Shown here piece after piece: positions 13,134 to 26,046 of a DNA stretch of 64,000 nt. The translations under genes and the position numbers were made by a program. The DNA lies in the NCBI RefSeq assembly GCF_044704955.1, contig NC_091980.1:275652001-275716000 (forward strand), read 5' to 3'. The notes below the pieces were generated by a model, which worked only from the letters and a program-made list of their open reading frames with translations, ran no database searches and was not told the DNA's origin. The stretch comes from Pristiophorus japonicus (taxonomy: Eukaryota). Each line of letters begins with the position of its first letter. Positions within the stretch are counted from its first letter, which is position 1.

Positions 13134-15098
13134 TCAGTTTTTTACTAGGGACAGCAGAGGATCTTGGCTGGTCCAAGTCCTAATCTGGCGGGTCATGACA
13201 GGTGATTTATCATTTTCAAATGCTTCCATGACCATCAACAAATTTGCAGGCTGCGCCATTTCCACCCCCGTGGTGGGCAATGGTAGCCGACTGAGAGCAT
13301 CCGCACAGTTCTTGGTGCCTGGCCTGTGGCGGATGGTATAGTTATACGCTAATAGCGCGAATGCCCACCTTTGTATGTGGGCTGAGGCATTAGTATTTAT
13401 CTCCTTGTTTTCAGCGAACAGGGATGTGAGGGGCTTGTGATCGGTTTCCAGCTCAAATTTGAGGCCAAACAGGTACTGATACATTTTCTTTACCCGAACA
13501 CACACGCTAATGCCTCTTTCTCAATCACGCTGTAGGCCCTCTCGGTCTTACACAAGCTCCTGGAAGCATAGGTGACAGGTTGCAACTTCCCCGCAACGTT
13601 AGCTTGTTGTAATACACACGTGACTCCATATGACGACGCGTCACATGCTAGCACAAGTCTTTTACACGGGTTATACAATACAAGCGGCTTGTTGGAGAAT
13701 AAAATGTTTCTGGCTTTCTCAAAAGCAATTACTTGGTTTTTTCTCCATACCCAGTTCTCACCTTTGCGCAATAACACATGTAGGGGCTCTAAAAGGGCGC
13801 TTAACCCTGGTAGGAATTTACCAAAATAATTGAGGAATCCCAGGAACGACCGCAGCTCCGTGACGTTCTGTGGCCTGGCGTGTTCCTGATAGCCTCTGTC
13901 TTGGCGTCTGTGGGCTGAATGCCATCTGCCGCGAACTTTCTCCCCAAAAACTCCACGTCTGTTGCCATGAAGACGCATTTCGACCTCTTCAGCCGCAACC
14001 CTACATGATTCAGTTGCTGGAGGACTTCCTCCAGGTTTTGTAGGTGCTCGACGGTGTCCCGACCCGTGACCAATATGTCGTCCTGAAAGACCACGTGTGT
14101 GGTACCGACTTGAGTAGGCGCTCCATGTTTCTCTGGAAAATCGCTGCAGCCGACCAAATTCCAAATGGACATCTGTTGTAGATGAACAGTTCCTTGTGCA
14201 TGTTGATGTAGGTGAGGCCCTTCGAAGACTCCTCCAGCTCCTGCGTCATGTAGGCCGAAGTCAGGTCGAGTTTGGTGAACGTCCTGCCTCCTGCCAGCGT
14301 CGCAAATAGGTCGTCTGCCTTAGGTAGCAGGTGTTGGTCCTGTAGCGAGAAACGATTAACAGTTACTTTATAATCATCACAAATCCTGACCGTGCCATCA
14401 CTTTTTAGTACTGGAACAATCGGGCTGGCCCACTCACTGAATTCCACTGGGGAGATGATGCCCTCGCGTTGCAGCCTGTCCAGCTCGATTTCCACTCTCT
14501 CCCTCATCATGTGAGGTACCGCTCGCGCCTTGTGGTGAATGGGTCATGCCTCTGGGACCAAGTGGAGCCGCACCTTCGCCCCGGAAAAGTTTCCAATGCC
14601 TGGCTTAAAAAGGGAAGGAAATTTGTTTAGAACATGGGTACATGAGGCCTCATCGATGTGTGATAACGCTCGGATGTCATCCCAGTTCCAGCGGATTTCG
14701 CCCAGCCAGCTCCTTCCAAGCAGTGTGTGGCCATCGCCCGGGACAATCCAGAGTGGCAGTTCGTGCACCGTGACCTTGTAGGTGACCTTGACCATGGCGC
14801 TGCCCAAGACAGTGATAAGCTCTCTGGTGTACGTTCTCAGTTTCGTGTGGATAGGGCTCAGGGCTGGTCTGAATGCCTTGTTGCACCACAGTCTCTCAAA
14901 CATCTTTTTACCCATGATGAATTGGCTAGCACCAGTGTCCAGTTCCATGGCTACGGGTAAGCCATTCAATTTTACATTTAGCATCGTAGGTGGACATTTC
15001 GTCGAAAATGTGTGCACCCCGTGTACTTCAGTATCTGCCTCCTCTCTCTGAGGCTCGAAATTGCTTTGGTCCACCATGGACCGATCTTCCTCTGCCAC
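13134..15098 (-). pseudogene. Gypsy protease-RT-RNase H, split over several frames
   Basis: LDTGAS protease; WASPIVPV, KLDL, FQDDILV RT; CDASSYG, EKEALA, TDHKPL RNase H. Confidence 0.92.
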
Positions 15099-15143
15099 GT
15101 GGTGGTTAGCAGGTTTTGCAGAGCTTGCAGCTCGTTTGCAAGC

Positions 15144-15929
15144 TCATTGGAGGTGCCTCATTGTTCCACAGCTCTTGCAAACATATCTTTTGAAGTGGCA
15201 TGAATAGGCTGAATGGAAGCCTCCACAACACAAACAAGGTGTGAATTGCCTTGCATTCATCCTTTGTTGGGGACTCTGAGTCATCTGGGTCACCTGAAGT
15301 CTGCTGGCAGTTGCAGACTCGTGGGTTCTGCCCTGTACATTTCTGCTCGCAAACACAGTTCCAGTTAATTTATGAACATTGCTAGCACTTGTGTGCTGAG
15401 AGATTTGTTTGGTGTTATCACTGGTGGACATAAACGCCTGTGTTATCGCAATGGCCTTACTGAGGGTCAGTGTCTCTACAGTCAAAAGTTTTCGTCGGAT
15501 GGTCTCGTGGCCAATGGACAGTACAAAAAAGTCTCTGAGCATTTGCTCCAGGTAGCCATCAAACTCACATTGTCCTGCAAGTCTACTTAGCTCGGCGACG
15601 TAGCTCGCCACTTCCTGACCTTCAGATCGCTGGCACGTGTTGAACCGATACCTCGCCATCAGCACGCTCTCCCTCGGGTTAAGATGCTCCCGAACCAGTG
15701 TATACAGCTCCTCATACGACTTATCTGTGGGTTTCACCGGAGCCAGAAGATTCTTCATGAGGTTGTAGGTCGGTGCCCTGCAGACCGTGAAGAGGACCGC
15801 TCTCCTTTTTGCAACGCTTCCTTCTCCGTCCAGCTCGTTGGCTACAAAGTACTGGTCTAGCCGTTCAACATAGGCTTCCCAGTCCTCACCCTCCGAGAAC
15901 TTCTCCAGGATACCCACAGTTTGCTGCAT
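15144..15929 (-). pseudogene. Gypsy gag
   Basis: DWEAYVERLDQYF N-terminus, MLRDFFV motif, C-terminal zinc-knuckle-like Cys/His motifs. Confidence 0.88.
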
Positions 15930-15961
15930 CGTTGCGTTGGATTCGTATTCTCATCGCCAGT

Positions 15962-16157
15962 TATTGTGTTCCTAACACAGATGAGGCTGCACACAGGGAG
16001 GTTAAAGTAACAGTGAGCTCAGTCCAGAGTGAGGAATAGGCCTTAGGGGCCGGCTTATATACAGTGCTCCCAAGGGATGCTGGGATCTCTTGGAACTTCA
16101 GGGAATGAGCTTCCTGGTGGCAGAACATGGGAGTGCATGCTTTACAGATACACAACA
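15962..16157 (-). repeat. 5' LTR (196 bp)
   Basis: Direct repeat of 11576-11786 with a 15-bp deletion; followed by the PBS. Confidence 0.95.
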
Positions 16158-18699
16158 ATAGTCAAACAGGTGCCAGTATTTGGAGCGAGAGTGTTGCCAC
16201 GATGCCTTGTATTTGTCCCTCTGGCGGAACAGCGTGTTGGTAATGAGGAGTTCATGTTCTAGACATTTTGTCAGGAGTAGGGTACTGCTGGAATTGGCTT
16301 TTCCTACCCCCTCCCTGCCAATCACACCTCCCCAGAGGGCTGTGTCTTTGCCAACCCTGGCATTAAAATCACCCAGGAGGATCAATCTGTCGCCCGTGGG
16401 GACACGGGACAAGGATGTCTCGAGGTTGGAATAAAAACCCTCTTTAGCCTCATCCATTGCATAGAGTGTAGGGGCATACGCACTGATGACTGTGGCACAT
16501 TGGTTCCGAGACAGGGTGATACGGAGAGTCATGAGGCATTCGTTGACCCCACAGGGGGAGTCTTTGAGGCAGTAGACCAGCTCACTCTTGATGGCAAAGC
16601 CGACTCCATGAAGGCGGCGTTCTGCCTCTGGTTTCCCTTTCCAGAAGAAGGTGTAACATCCACCAGGTTCCTTCAACTGGCCTTCCCCTGCCCGCCGGGT
16701 CTCGCTTAGGGCGGCGATGTCACTGTCAAAACGTCTGCGTTCCCGGGCAACTCTGGCGGTGCGGCGTTCCGGCCTGTTGCTGTTGGGATTATCCATGAGG
16801 GTCCTGACGTTCCAGGTCCAGAACTTCATACTGACGGAGTGGAAGATGCCCTTGCGTGAGTTCTTTTAACGTGGCCGCTGCGCACCAGCAACCACACGGG
16901 CTTAGCTGAACAAGGTCTTGGTCCAGTGGCAAGGGGGTCCAAGACAACTGGAGACCAGGCACAGTTGTATAAGCCTAATTGCCTACGGCATAGTGTTGGC
17001 CGCAAGTTCGGTGCCGGGTAGCGCCATTGATGGTAGATGGCACGAGACTAGGTTGGGAGGCAGGCATTAGGAAGGTGACTTCCAAAGTAATTTAAACAAA
17101 TTAAAAGTTGATAAAGGTTCCCAATTTATTTCAAAAGTTTCTAAGCGTTGTTAAAAATCTAAGATGTAAATCAATAATAGATTATAAAAGTTTCCCCAAT
17201 TTAAAAAGTTTCTAAAAGTTGTTAAAAGTCAAAGATGTAATTTAATAATAGATATTTAAAAGTATTTCAGGTGAGAGTCTAAAATGTATGTTTTAAAAGT
17301 TCTCCCAGATTGTTTAATAAGTTTAAAAGTTGGCTAAAAGTTTAAAAATTAATTAAAAGTTGGTTGGGAGTATGAGACGACGCCACGCCTCGGTCCCTTC
17401 AGCCGGTTAGGCACCAGCCTCGGAGTCCCCTTGACCGGTCCCACATCCTCGAGTCCCCCCCCTTTGGCAGGTCGTCCCGGAGTCCCCTCGGCCGGCCAGA
17501 CGCCCTCCGAATCTGGTGCAGCAACCCTTTGGGGAGAACTCTCTGCAGAATTTGAGGGCCTGCCTTCCCTAAGCGGAACTCAAGTTTTGTTCCCTGCCTC
17601 CAGAGGCAATGCAGCAAATGTAAGCGGCCAGCTTGCCACTTGTTTCAATGGGACCCCGTGCCGGCCGCTTCTGTCCCTGGCCGAAGGGGCCCTGTACCAA
17701 CCGCATCTGTCCCCAGCTGAAGGGACTCTGCACCGGCCCAGAACAGCTGCTGGGGTTGGGCTGCACCTCTGGTCAGTGTCCCGTGGGGGGTGGGGGGGTT
17801 GGCCGGCTTGGGGGTAAATAATAAAATCTTGCCGTCAAACTATGAGACTATTTGAAGGAGGCATCAGAGCGGTGCACCTATATAGGTTAACAAGATTGTT
17901 AAAGGTATTGAAAAAGTTAGCCTCGAATATTACTTCAAATTAAAGTATTGGAGCAGAACGAGGGGACTCAGGTTCAAGCAAGTAAATGGTAATATTAAGA
18001 CTGGTGTCAGTAAGTTTTTACACGGTGAGCAATGTGTGGAATAAACTTCCAGATAGAATAGTAGAGGCAAAACTCCTGGAATCATTTAAGAACCAATTGG
18101 ATGCTACAATAGGGGCATGTCAGGAAATCTCTGGCTGGATGATTAAAGATTGAATAGTCCTCCTCATCCATAGCTATCTTGTGATCAGGAAACCAGAAGT
18201 GACATCCCAGAAAGGATCTTTAATAAGGAAAATGGCATACCCAAGGCATTCATAAATTGTAAAGGAGCTGAGCTGAGATTTCAAGTTGCATTTAGTGTTG
18301 TGTTAGGTGAAACATGCAAATGCCTGACTTGAGCCCACATTATAATCAGGATGCATGAAGCATTTAGAACAAATACTCTAACCCTCTGCAAACTCAGGCG
18401 ATTGATTATATAGATGCCTTGAGTTATTCAATTTATGTTCTTAGGACAACATAGAAAATCCCTCTTGGAAAAAATAAAGAGTCCCTCATATTGGATCCAT
18501 CATGGTGAGCCTTTGCAATGCACTTTCCAGCTTTCTAACTATACACATTTAAAGACCATTTTAACTGCAGGCACTATTACATCGTTGCACGCCAGCTGGT
18601 CATTCAGCATTCCTCAGTGTATGTTAAACACCCCTGCAGGCACAAATCACACTGATTACTTCTACGCTGAGAGTTCCTCAACTGAAGGAAACCTTCCAA

Positions 18700-19270
18700 C
18701 AACAGCTTGTAATTATATAGTGTCTTTAACATAGTAACATGTCCCACTGCGCTTCATAGGAGTGTTATGAAACAAAATTTTACACTGAGCCACATAAGGA
18801 GATATATGGGCAGATGACCAAAAGCTTGGTCAAAGAGGTAGGTTTTAAGGAGCGTCTGGAAAGAGAGGTAGCGAGGCGGAGAGGTTTAGGGAGGGAATTC
18901 CGGACCTTAGGGCCTTCGCAGCTGAAGGGCGGCTGCTAGTGTTGGAGCGATTAAAATCGGGGATGCTCAACAGGCCAGGATTAGAGGAGCGCGGATATCT
19001 CAGAGGATTTGTGGGGCTGGAGGAGATCACGAGATAGGGAGATGCAAGACCATGGAAGGATTTGAAAAAAAGGATGAGAATTGTAAAATCGAGGCGTTGC
19101 TTAACCAGAAGCCAATGTAGGTCAGCAAACACAGGGGTGATGGGTGAACAGGACTTGGTGCGGGTGAATGGGACTTGGTGCGAGTTAGGACACAGGCAGC
19201 AGAGTTTTGGATGAGCTCAAGATTACAAAGGATAGAACATGGGTGCATTGGAATAGTCAAGTCTAGAAGT
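18700..19270 (-). mobile_element. L2-like LINE 3' fragment
   Basis: ORFs LELIQNSAACVLTRTK and ADLHWLLVKQRLDFTIL. Confidence 0.8.
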
Positions 19271-20294
19271 AACAAAGGCAACAGGTTTGTTTGACATCTC
19301 AACCATCTTGCAGATCATCCCCACTTCCTATATTATATACTGTGGGGAGCCGAGTCAACACACAAATAATTGATAACAGTGGATGTGTAATGGGAGTCTT
19401 CAACAAACTGGTATACACACACAATATAGCTCAGCGGATAATGCACCACCAAGAAATACAGACCAAAGGTCTCAGCTGTAATCTCCAGTCTGTGCTGAGT
19501 TAACCAATTAGGTCTCCATATCTCAGCTCACAGTTGAAGTGAGGTATCAGACCTTGGCAAACACCTTTGGAACCATAACCTTAGGAACAGTCTGTTCCTT
19601 CAGGAAAGGAAAGAAGAAAATGGGAACATCTTAGACATGTATACAGAGAGAAAATTGAAGATGTTGAAGATAAAGGTGCCCTCAAATGTAAAAAGATATA
19701 TTTTATCTAGATGCATCTGCAGTGACAGAGTTTAAGATGGACTTATACCAAGGCTCATGGGTTGCAAACTGAACAAAAATATCTTCCTATAAAATCATTT
19801 AAATAATACCACATCAAATTGTAAGTCTCCAATATATCAAATCTTTATTTATGATGGTTCTAGAAATAGTAAGAAGCCACAGTTAATAAATAAAATCAAT
19901 TAGTTCTACATCTTCTACTGTCAGTTGGCTAAGGATGCCTGATTACTCATATATTTGGCCACCCTGCAGCCTTGGTTCAGGTGAGTGAGGTGCCAGCCAT
20001 CCTTTAGTGCATCGCCCAAGAAACCATTCTTCAAGTGTGAGTCAGCACCAGTCAGTATTGGTAAGCTATTCAACAACAGGGAACATCACAGCAAAGCCCA
20101 ATTGTGACCTCAATTATGTGTTATCCAGCAGCACTCACAGGATATCAACCTGGAGCTCACTGGTTTTTCTCTCCTAATTCAGGGGTGCTTAGGCCAACTA
20201 TTGTGCCCCTACAGTCAGTCTGGTTTACTAAAAATAGATCAGAGTAGCCCAGTGCTACAATGTTTTGGTGTACCAGCTTGAAATGCCATGGGAG

Positions 20295-20710
20295 GAACAT
20301 ACAAACAGGAGTAGGCCATTCAGCCCCTCGAGCCTGTTATGACTGATCTGTATTTAAACTCCATCTACCCACCTTGGTGCCATCCATATCCCTGAATACC
20401 CTTACCTAACAAAAATCTATCGATTTCAGTTTTGAAGTTTTCAATTGACCTAGCCTCAAGAGCTTTTTGTGAGCGTTCCAGATTGCCATTACCCTTTGTG
20501 CGATGAAGTGCTTCCTGACATCACTGCTGAATGGCCTAGCTCCAATTTACGGCTATGTCCCCTTGTTCTGGACTCCCCACCAGAGGAAACAGTTTCTCTA
20601 TCTACCCTATTAAATTCTTTAATCATCTTAAACACCTCAATGAGATCACTCCTTGATCTTCTATGTTCAACTGAAAATCCTAGTCCATGCAACCTGTCCT
20701 TATAATTTAG
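20295..20710 (-). mobile_element. CR1 3' fragment
   Basis: ORF RSDLIEVFKMIK...ESRTRGH. Confidence 0.85.
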
Positions 20711-21109
20711 GTAGGGCAGGGGTTTCACAGCATCATTCCCTACACGGCGAAATGCCCAATTTTAATCAAGGCTACTTGGCACGGAGGGGGAAAAATAATC
20801 AGATCAATGAAACTGGAAGGCAAGTCACCCAGATCAGCATTAGCAAAGGTTGGGGATTGGCTTCCTGCCTTCCTGGCCAGCAAAAAGTGTACGTAGCACG
20901 AGAGAAGTAATCTAAAAGTTAATTTTCAAATTAAAAAAAAGGTTCGTTAAAACCTAAAAAAGAGCTGCACCTTTCTGGCGAAAAACTAAACGTGTTGTTC
21001 TGCCACTAAAACGACATACCTCCTTGTCCATGCCCTCGTGCTTACTTCAATCACACAAAAGGAAGCATACGAAAAATGACAGGCAGTCCAAAGTGGCAAA
21101 CTTTAGTTA

Positions 21110-23022
21110 AATATGGTTGACAATCAGTAACTAGTGGGGTGCCACAGGGATCAGTGCTGGGACTCTAACTATTTACAATCTATATTAATGACTTGGAAGA
21201 AGGGACTGAGTGTAACGTAGCCAAGTTTGCTGACGATACAAAGATGGGAGGAAAAGCAATGTTTGAGGAGGACACAAAAAATCTGCAAATGGATAGACAG
21301 GCTAAGTGAGTGGGCAAAAATTTGGCAGATGGGAGTATAATGTTGGAAAGTATGAGGTCATGCACTGTGGCAGAAAAAAATCAAAGAGCAAGTTATTATT
21401 TAAATGGAGAAAGATTGCAAAGTGCCGCAGTACAGCGGGACCTGGGGGTACTTGTGCATGAAACACAAAAGGATAGAATGCAGGTACAGCAAGAGATCAG
21501 GAAGGCCAATGGTGTCTTGGCCTTTATTGCAAAGAGGATGGAGTATTGGGTATTGGTATTGGGTATTGGTAAGGCCGCACCTGGAGTACTGCGTGCAGTT
21601 TTGGTCACCTTAATTAAGGAAGGATATACTGGCTTTGGAGGGGGTACAGAGACGATTCACTAGGCTGATTCCGGAGATGAGGGGGTTACCTTATGATGAT
21701 AGATTGAGTAGACTGGGTCTTTACTCGTTGGAGTTCAGAAGGATGAGGGGTGATCTTATAGAAACATTTAAAATAATGAAAGGGATAGACAAGATAGAGG
21801 TGGAAAGGTTGTTTCCACTGGTCGGGGAGACTAGAACTAGGGGGCACAGCCTCAAAATACGGGGGAGCCAATTTAAAACCGAGTTGAGAAGGAATTTCTT
21901 CTCCCAGAGGGTTGTGAATCTGTGAAATTCTCTGCCCAAGGAAGCAGTTGAGGTTAGCTCATTGAATGTATTCAAATCACAGGTAGATAGATTTTTAACC
22001 AATAAGGGAATTAAGGGTTACAAGGAGCAGGCGGGTAAGTGGAGCTGAGTCCACGGCCAGATCAGCCATGATCTTATTGAATGGTGGAGCAGGCTCAAGG
22101 GGCTAGATGGCCTACTCCTGTTCCTAATTCTTATGTTCTTATGTTCTAAAAGCAGGGAAGTCTTGCTATTGCTATATAAGGTATTGGTGAGGCCATACCT
22201 GGAATACTGGCGTGCAGTTTTGGTTTCCATATTTATGAAAGGATATACTTGTTTTGGAGGCAGTTCAGAGAAGGTTCATTAGGTTGATTCCGGGGATGAG
22301 GGGGTTGACTTATGAGGAAAGGTTGAGTAGGTTGGGCCTCTACTCATCGGAATTCAGAAGAATGAGAGGTGATCTTATCGAAACGTATAAGATTATAAGG
22401 GGGCTTGACAAGGTGGATGCTGAGAGGATGTTTCCACTGATGGGGGAGACTAGAACTAGAGGGCATGATCTTAGAATAAGGGTCCGCTCATTTAAAACAG
22501 AGATGAGGAGAAATGTCTTCTCTGAGAGGGTTTTACATAAGAACAAAAGAACACCCTCAATCTGTATTACAAATTCAACCATACTGTGATCACTCATTCC
22601 GAGAGGATCTTTTACTAGGAGATCGTTTATTATTCCTGTCTCATTACACAGGACCAGATCTAAGATAGCTTGCTCCCTTGTAGGTTCTGTAACATACTGT
22701 TCTAAGAAAAAATCCTGTATGCATTCTATAAATTCCTCCTCCAGGCTACCCCGTGCGATTTGATTTGACCAATGATCCCCCATGATCAATTGTAAATCTC
22801 TGGAATTCGCTGCCTCAGAGATCTGTGGAAACTGGGACAATGAATACATTTAAGACAGAAATAAGACAGTTTCTCAAGCGATAAGGTGGTAAGGGGTTAT
22901 GGGGAGTGGGCGAGGAAGTGGAGCTGAGTCCATGATCAGATCAGCCATGATCTTATTTAATGACGTAGCAGGCTCAAGGGGCCGTATGGCTTACTCCTAT
23001 TCCTATTTCTTATGTTCTTATG
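21110..23022 (+). mobile_element. Nested CR1 cluster: host copy with a second CR1 (about 21547-22147) and an inverted fragment (about 22535-22790)
   Basis: RT motifs GVPQGSVLG and KFADDTK; two 3' tails; very similar to 27560-28563. Confidence 0.88.
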
Positions 23023-23499
23023 TAAACTTAACTCTGGAATATTTCTACATGCATCCTTATCAAATTAGAATTAATTAGTAAAGGAGAATCTGTTCCATGA
23101 ACCCTTTTGTTTTCAGCCATGTTGATAATACCAAGATGCAGTTGCCAAGCTTGTGTAATGATGAAGCCCACAATCACAGGTGCAAGCCGGATCAAAATAT
23201 TCTCATGACAGATTTCTTGCAGTTGGCTTAGGTGGAAAAGAGCAATGGTGGTGGTGTCGTGCACTGGCATTATAATAGACTGTGACTCAAAGGGGTACAA
23301 GATTGTGATATCAGCTGATCAAATAGGGACCAACCTCCTCCCATACGGCGACAGGCAAAACAGGCCAGCAAGTAACCTCGGAACTCTTGTGCTCACACGC
23401 ACTCCCATCAAGCAGTGTGCTGATCATACGTCTACCCACAAACAGGCAGAAAACGGCAGAAAAGCATCACCCATGAATCATGAGCTGATTCAATTTGGG

Positions 23500-23912
23500 G
23501 GTTCAGTAGCATAGTGGTTATGTTAATCCAGAGGCATGGACCAATAATCTGGCAGACGCAAGTTCAAATCCCACCATGTCAGCTGGGGAATTTAAATTCA
23601 GTTGATTAAATAAATCTGGAATTAAAAAGCTAGAATCAGTAATGGTGACCATGAAATTAGCGGATTGTCGGAAAAACCCAACAGGTTCACTAACGTCCTT
23701 TAGGGAAGGAAACCTGCCTTCCTTACCCAGTCTGGCCTATGTGTGACTCCAGCCCCACAGCAATGTGGTTGACGCTTAACTGTCCTCTGAAATGTCAGTT
23801 TCACTACATGGACTGCAATGGTTCAAGAAGGCGGCTCACCACCACCTTCTCAAGCGCAATTTGGAATGGGAAATAAATGCCACAACGTCCACATCCCGTG
23901 AACGAATAAAAG
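23500..23912 (+). mobile_element. tRNA-derived SINE
   Basis: A box (TAGCATAGTGG), B box (GTTCAAATCC), LINE-like tail; second copy at 59300-59822. Confidence 0.75.
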
Positions 23913-24732
23913 AAAAGAATTAACATTGGTAAAAATAAACCCCAGAGGGCTGTGGATGGTCAGTTGTTGAGTATATTCAAGACTGAGATCGATGGATCTT
24001 TGGACACCAAGGGAATCAATGGATATGGAGATAGGGCAGGAAAGTGGAGTTAAGGTAGATGATCAGTCATGATCTTATTGATTGGCGGGGCAGCATGGCC
24101 TACCCCTGCTCCTATTTTTTATGTTCTTATTAGAAGGGACACAACCATAATTCGATCAATGAAATCCAGAACAGATGTAGCAGAGGGAGAGCAAATGTTT
24201 TCATCATAGAAGTTTGACTGGAATGTTTTGAAGATGCGACCAATTTAATGGATAGGGACATTGCAGCAGATATTACTTACTTCAGCTTTCAAGCCTTGTT
24301 TCAAAGAGCACTTCACAATAATGACGGTGCAAATGGAACGAAGAAGATAGTAAGTGTTCAATGGGGACTATTCCAGTCTGCGTAAATAAGGTTAAAAAGG
24401 ACAAAATGCAGAATTTTAAATTTGCAGAATATGCGGATACCACAACAGTTGCTGCTCTGCAAAATGTGTACCACACAAAGGGAGCCAAGAGACTTTTAAT
24501 AGCGGATTAAGTGACTGACGAATAGCATTTAGAAAGAACAAGTTTGCAGTTACATAGTGCGCTTCACCTCAGAACATCCCAAAGGAAAACATGAAGGAGG
24601 GGGAAGGAACTTCCTGTTAGAATTTTGCAAACTGGGATTGTCGGAAAATATGAAACAGCTGGCAATTCTACAGCCAGGCACACCACAAGGAGCTGGAGAG
24701 AAGGTCAATGATCAGGAGTTAGGGAAGACCAA

Positions 24733-25384
24733 GGGGGTGATATTAGGTGTCTTTGTGCCTCCTGTTGGTGCCCCCAGGGCGCAAATGGCTTTGCGACTGG
24801 GCACGGCAATAACATCGACTCCCGCTATATTTGCCGGGAGGTTTGCAGTGGCGCTACAACACTGCGCCCTGATCTCCTTCACCCGGAGATTGTGCCATCA
24901 TCGCCGTGTGCATCGTCCCGGACCATAAATTGCCTACCGCTGCCCCCTGCAGCAGCGCCGGGCGAAAACACAGCATCGGGAGGCGTGCATCGGGTAGCCA
25001 GCCACTTTGGGGGCGATGCTTAAAGGCGAGGTGACCGAGGTAAGTAAAAAAGAAACTTACCTCTATTCTACCAGCTTTTTTCACGGGTTCCTGCCGTCGT
25101 GGCCCAGGTAAATTGTTTTGATTTTGCAGCGCCTGCAGCAATGGCCCTTCCCTTTAAGGGAGGGAAGAAGCCTTGCATCGCGGCAGCGTTGTACGGGACA
25201 TTGTGCAGCGCTGCTCCACTCGTCGCTCCACCTGCTGTCAATTGTAAGGTGCTTGATTTAGCATTTCACTTCTTTCTTGGAGCGCAAACAGAAAATTCTT
25301 CTTTAAGTTTGAAATCTTGGCGCTAACTTTTCAAACTTTTAAAAGTTAGCACCCCAAACAGGGAGATAGTGAATTTCTCTCCCC
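24733..25384. mobile_element. GC-rich non-autonomous DNA transposon (MITE-like)
   Basis: Imperfect termini GGGGGTGATATT / AATTTCTCTCCCC; internal CTTACC and CCCTTTAAGGG motifs. Confidence 0.45.
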
Positions 25385-26046
25385 AAGGCTTTTAAAAGTG
25401 GTAGAAAGAGATGTGCCAGAGGGGTTTGGGAAGAGTTCCAGTGTGCAGGGGCATGATGGCTGAAGGCTTGATCAATGATGGAGGGCAAATAGAGGGTTTC
25501 TCAACTTCAACTTTAAAATTCCCTCTGTAATTTTATCAGTCAAAAACCCTTTCACTACTAAAATAAAAAAGCAACGCTCACCCAAGATCATAGAAAATAA
25601 TTGGTATTTACCCCACCTATATATTTCAGCCATTTATTAGTTGCTCTGTGCAATCTGCAGGCAGTTTTACCTCATGTCATAGCTGTGCACTACTGGTGCC
25701 CTCGAAATAAACTGAGTGACATCCATACATCTGACATAAACAATGAACATTTCCTCAGGCTGCTATGGTTGAAACAAATGCCTCCAGTGGTCTGTTAAAC
25801 ATGCCAAGCCACTTCTGTGGGTCAGCATATTTGTATTATGGAGCAAAACACTTCCTTACACAAGCACACCAACAGATGGGAAAGGTTCAACATCAATTTT
25901 CAGATCCTGCCCAACACATTCTCCAAGAAGAAAAGTACAAAAATGCTGTATCATTTTTTCCTTCCATTCCCCGTTTGGTCATTTGAAGATCCATTAGCAA
26001 AAACAGAAACCTGTTTTGAGCCACAGGAGAGAAGCAAAAACACAAG

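Larger units (their letters stand above)
11576..16157 (-). mobile_element. Ty3/Gypsy (Mag-like) LTR retrotransposon, complete structure with frameshifts and stops
   Basis: Two LTRs; 5-bp TSD ATAGT (11571-11575, 16158-16162); PBS TGGCGATGAG (15959-15950); PPT 11787-11808; gag-PR-RT-RH-INT order. Confidence 0.96.
9041..17836 (-). mobile_element. RTE-clade LINE, apparently full length, decayed, interrupted by a Gypsy element
   Basis: APE endonuclease (16098..16829: WNVRTL, ALSETR, LGDFNARVG) and RT (9716..10396: FDLTKTFD, GVKQGC, QYADD). The 3' end matches the RTE end at 60800-60843. Candidate TSD AAACTATG at 9033-9040 and 17837-17844. Confidence 0.9.

Noticed and set aside
23500-23580. tRNA gene (A and B boxes)
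   Set aside because: No complete cloverleaf, and it continues into a SINE body repeated at 59300.
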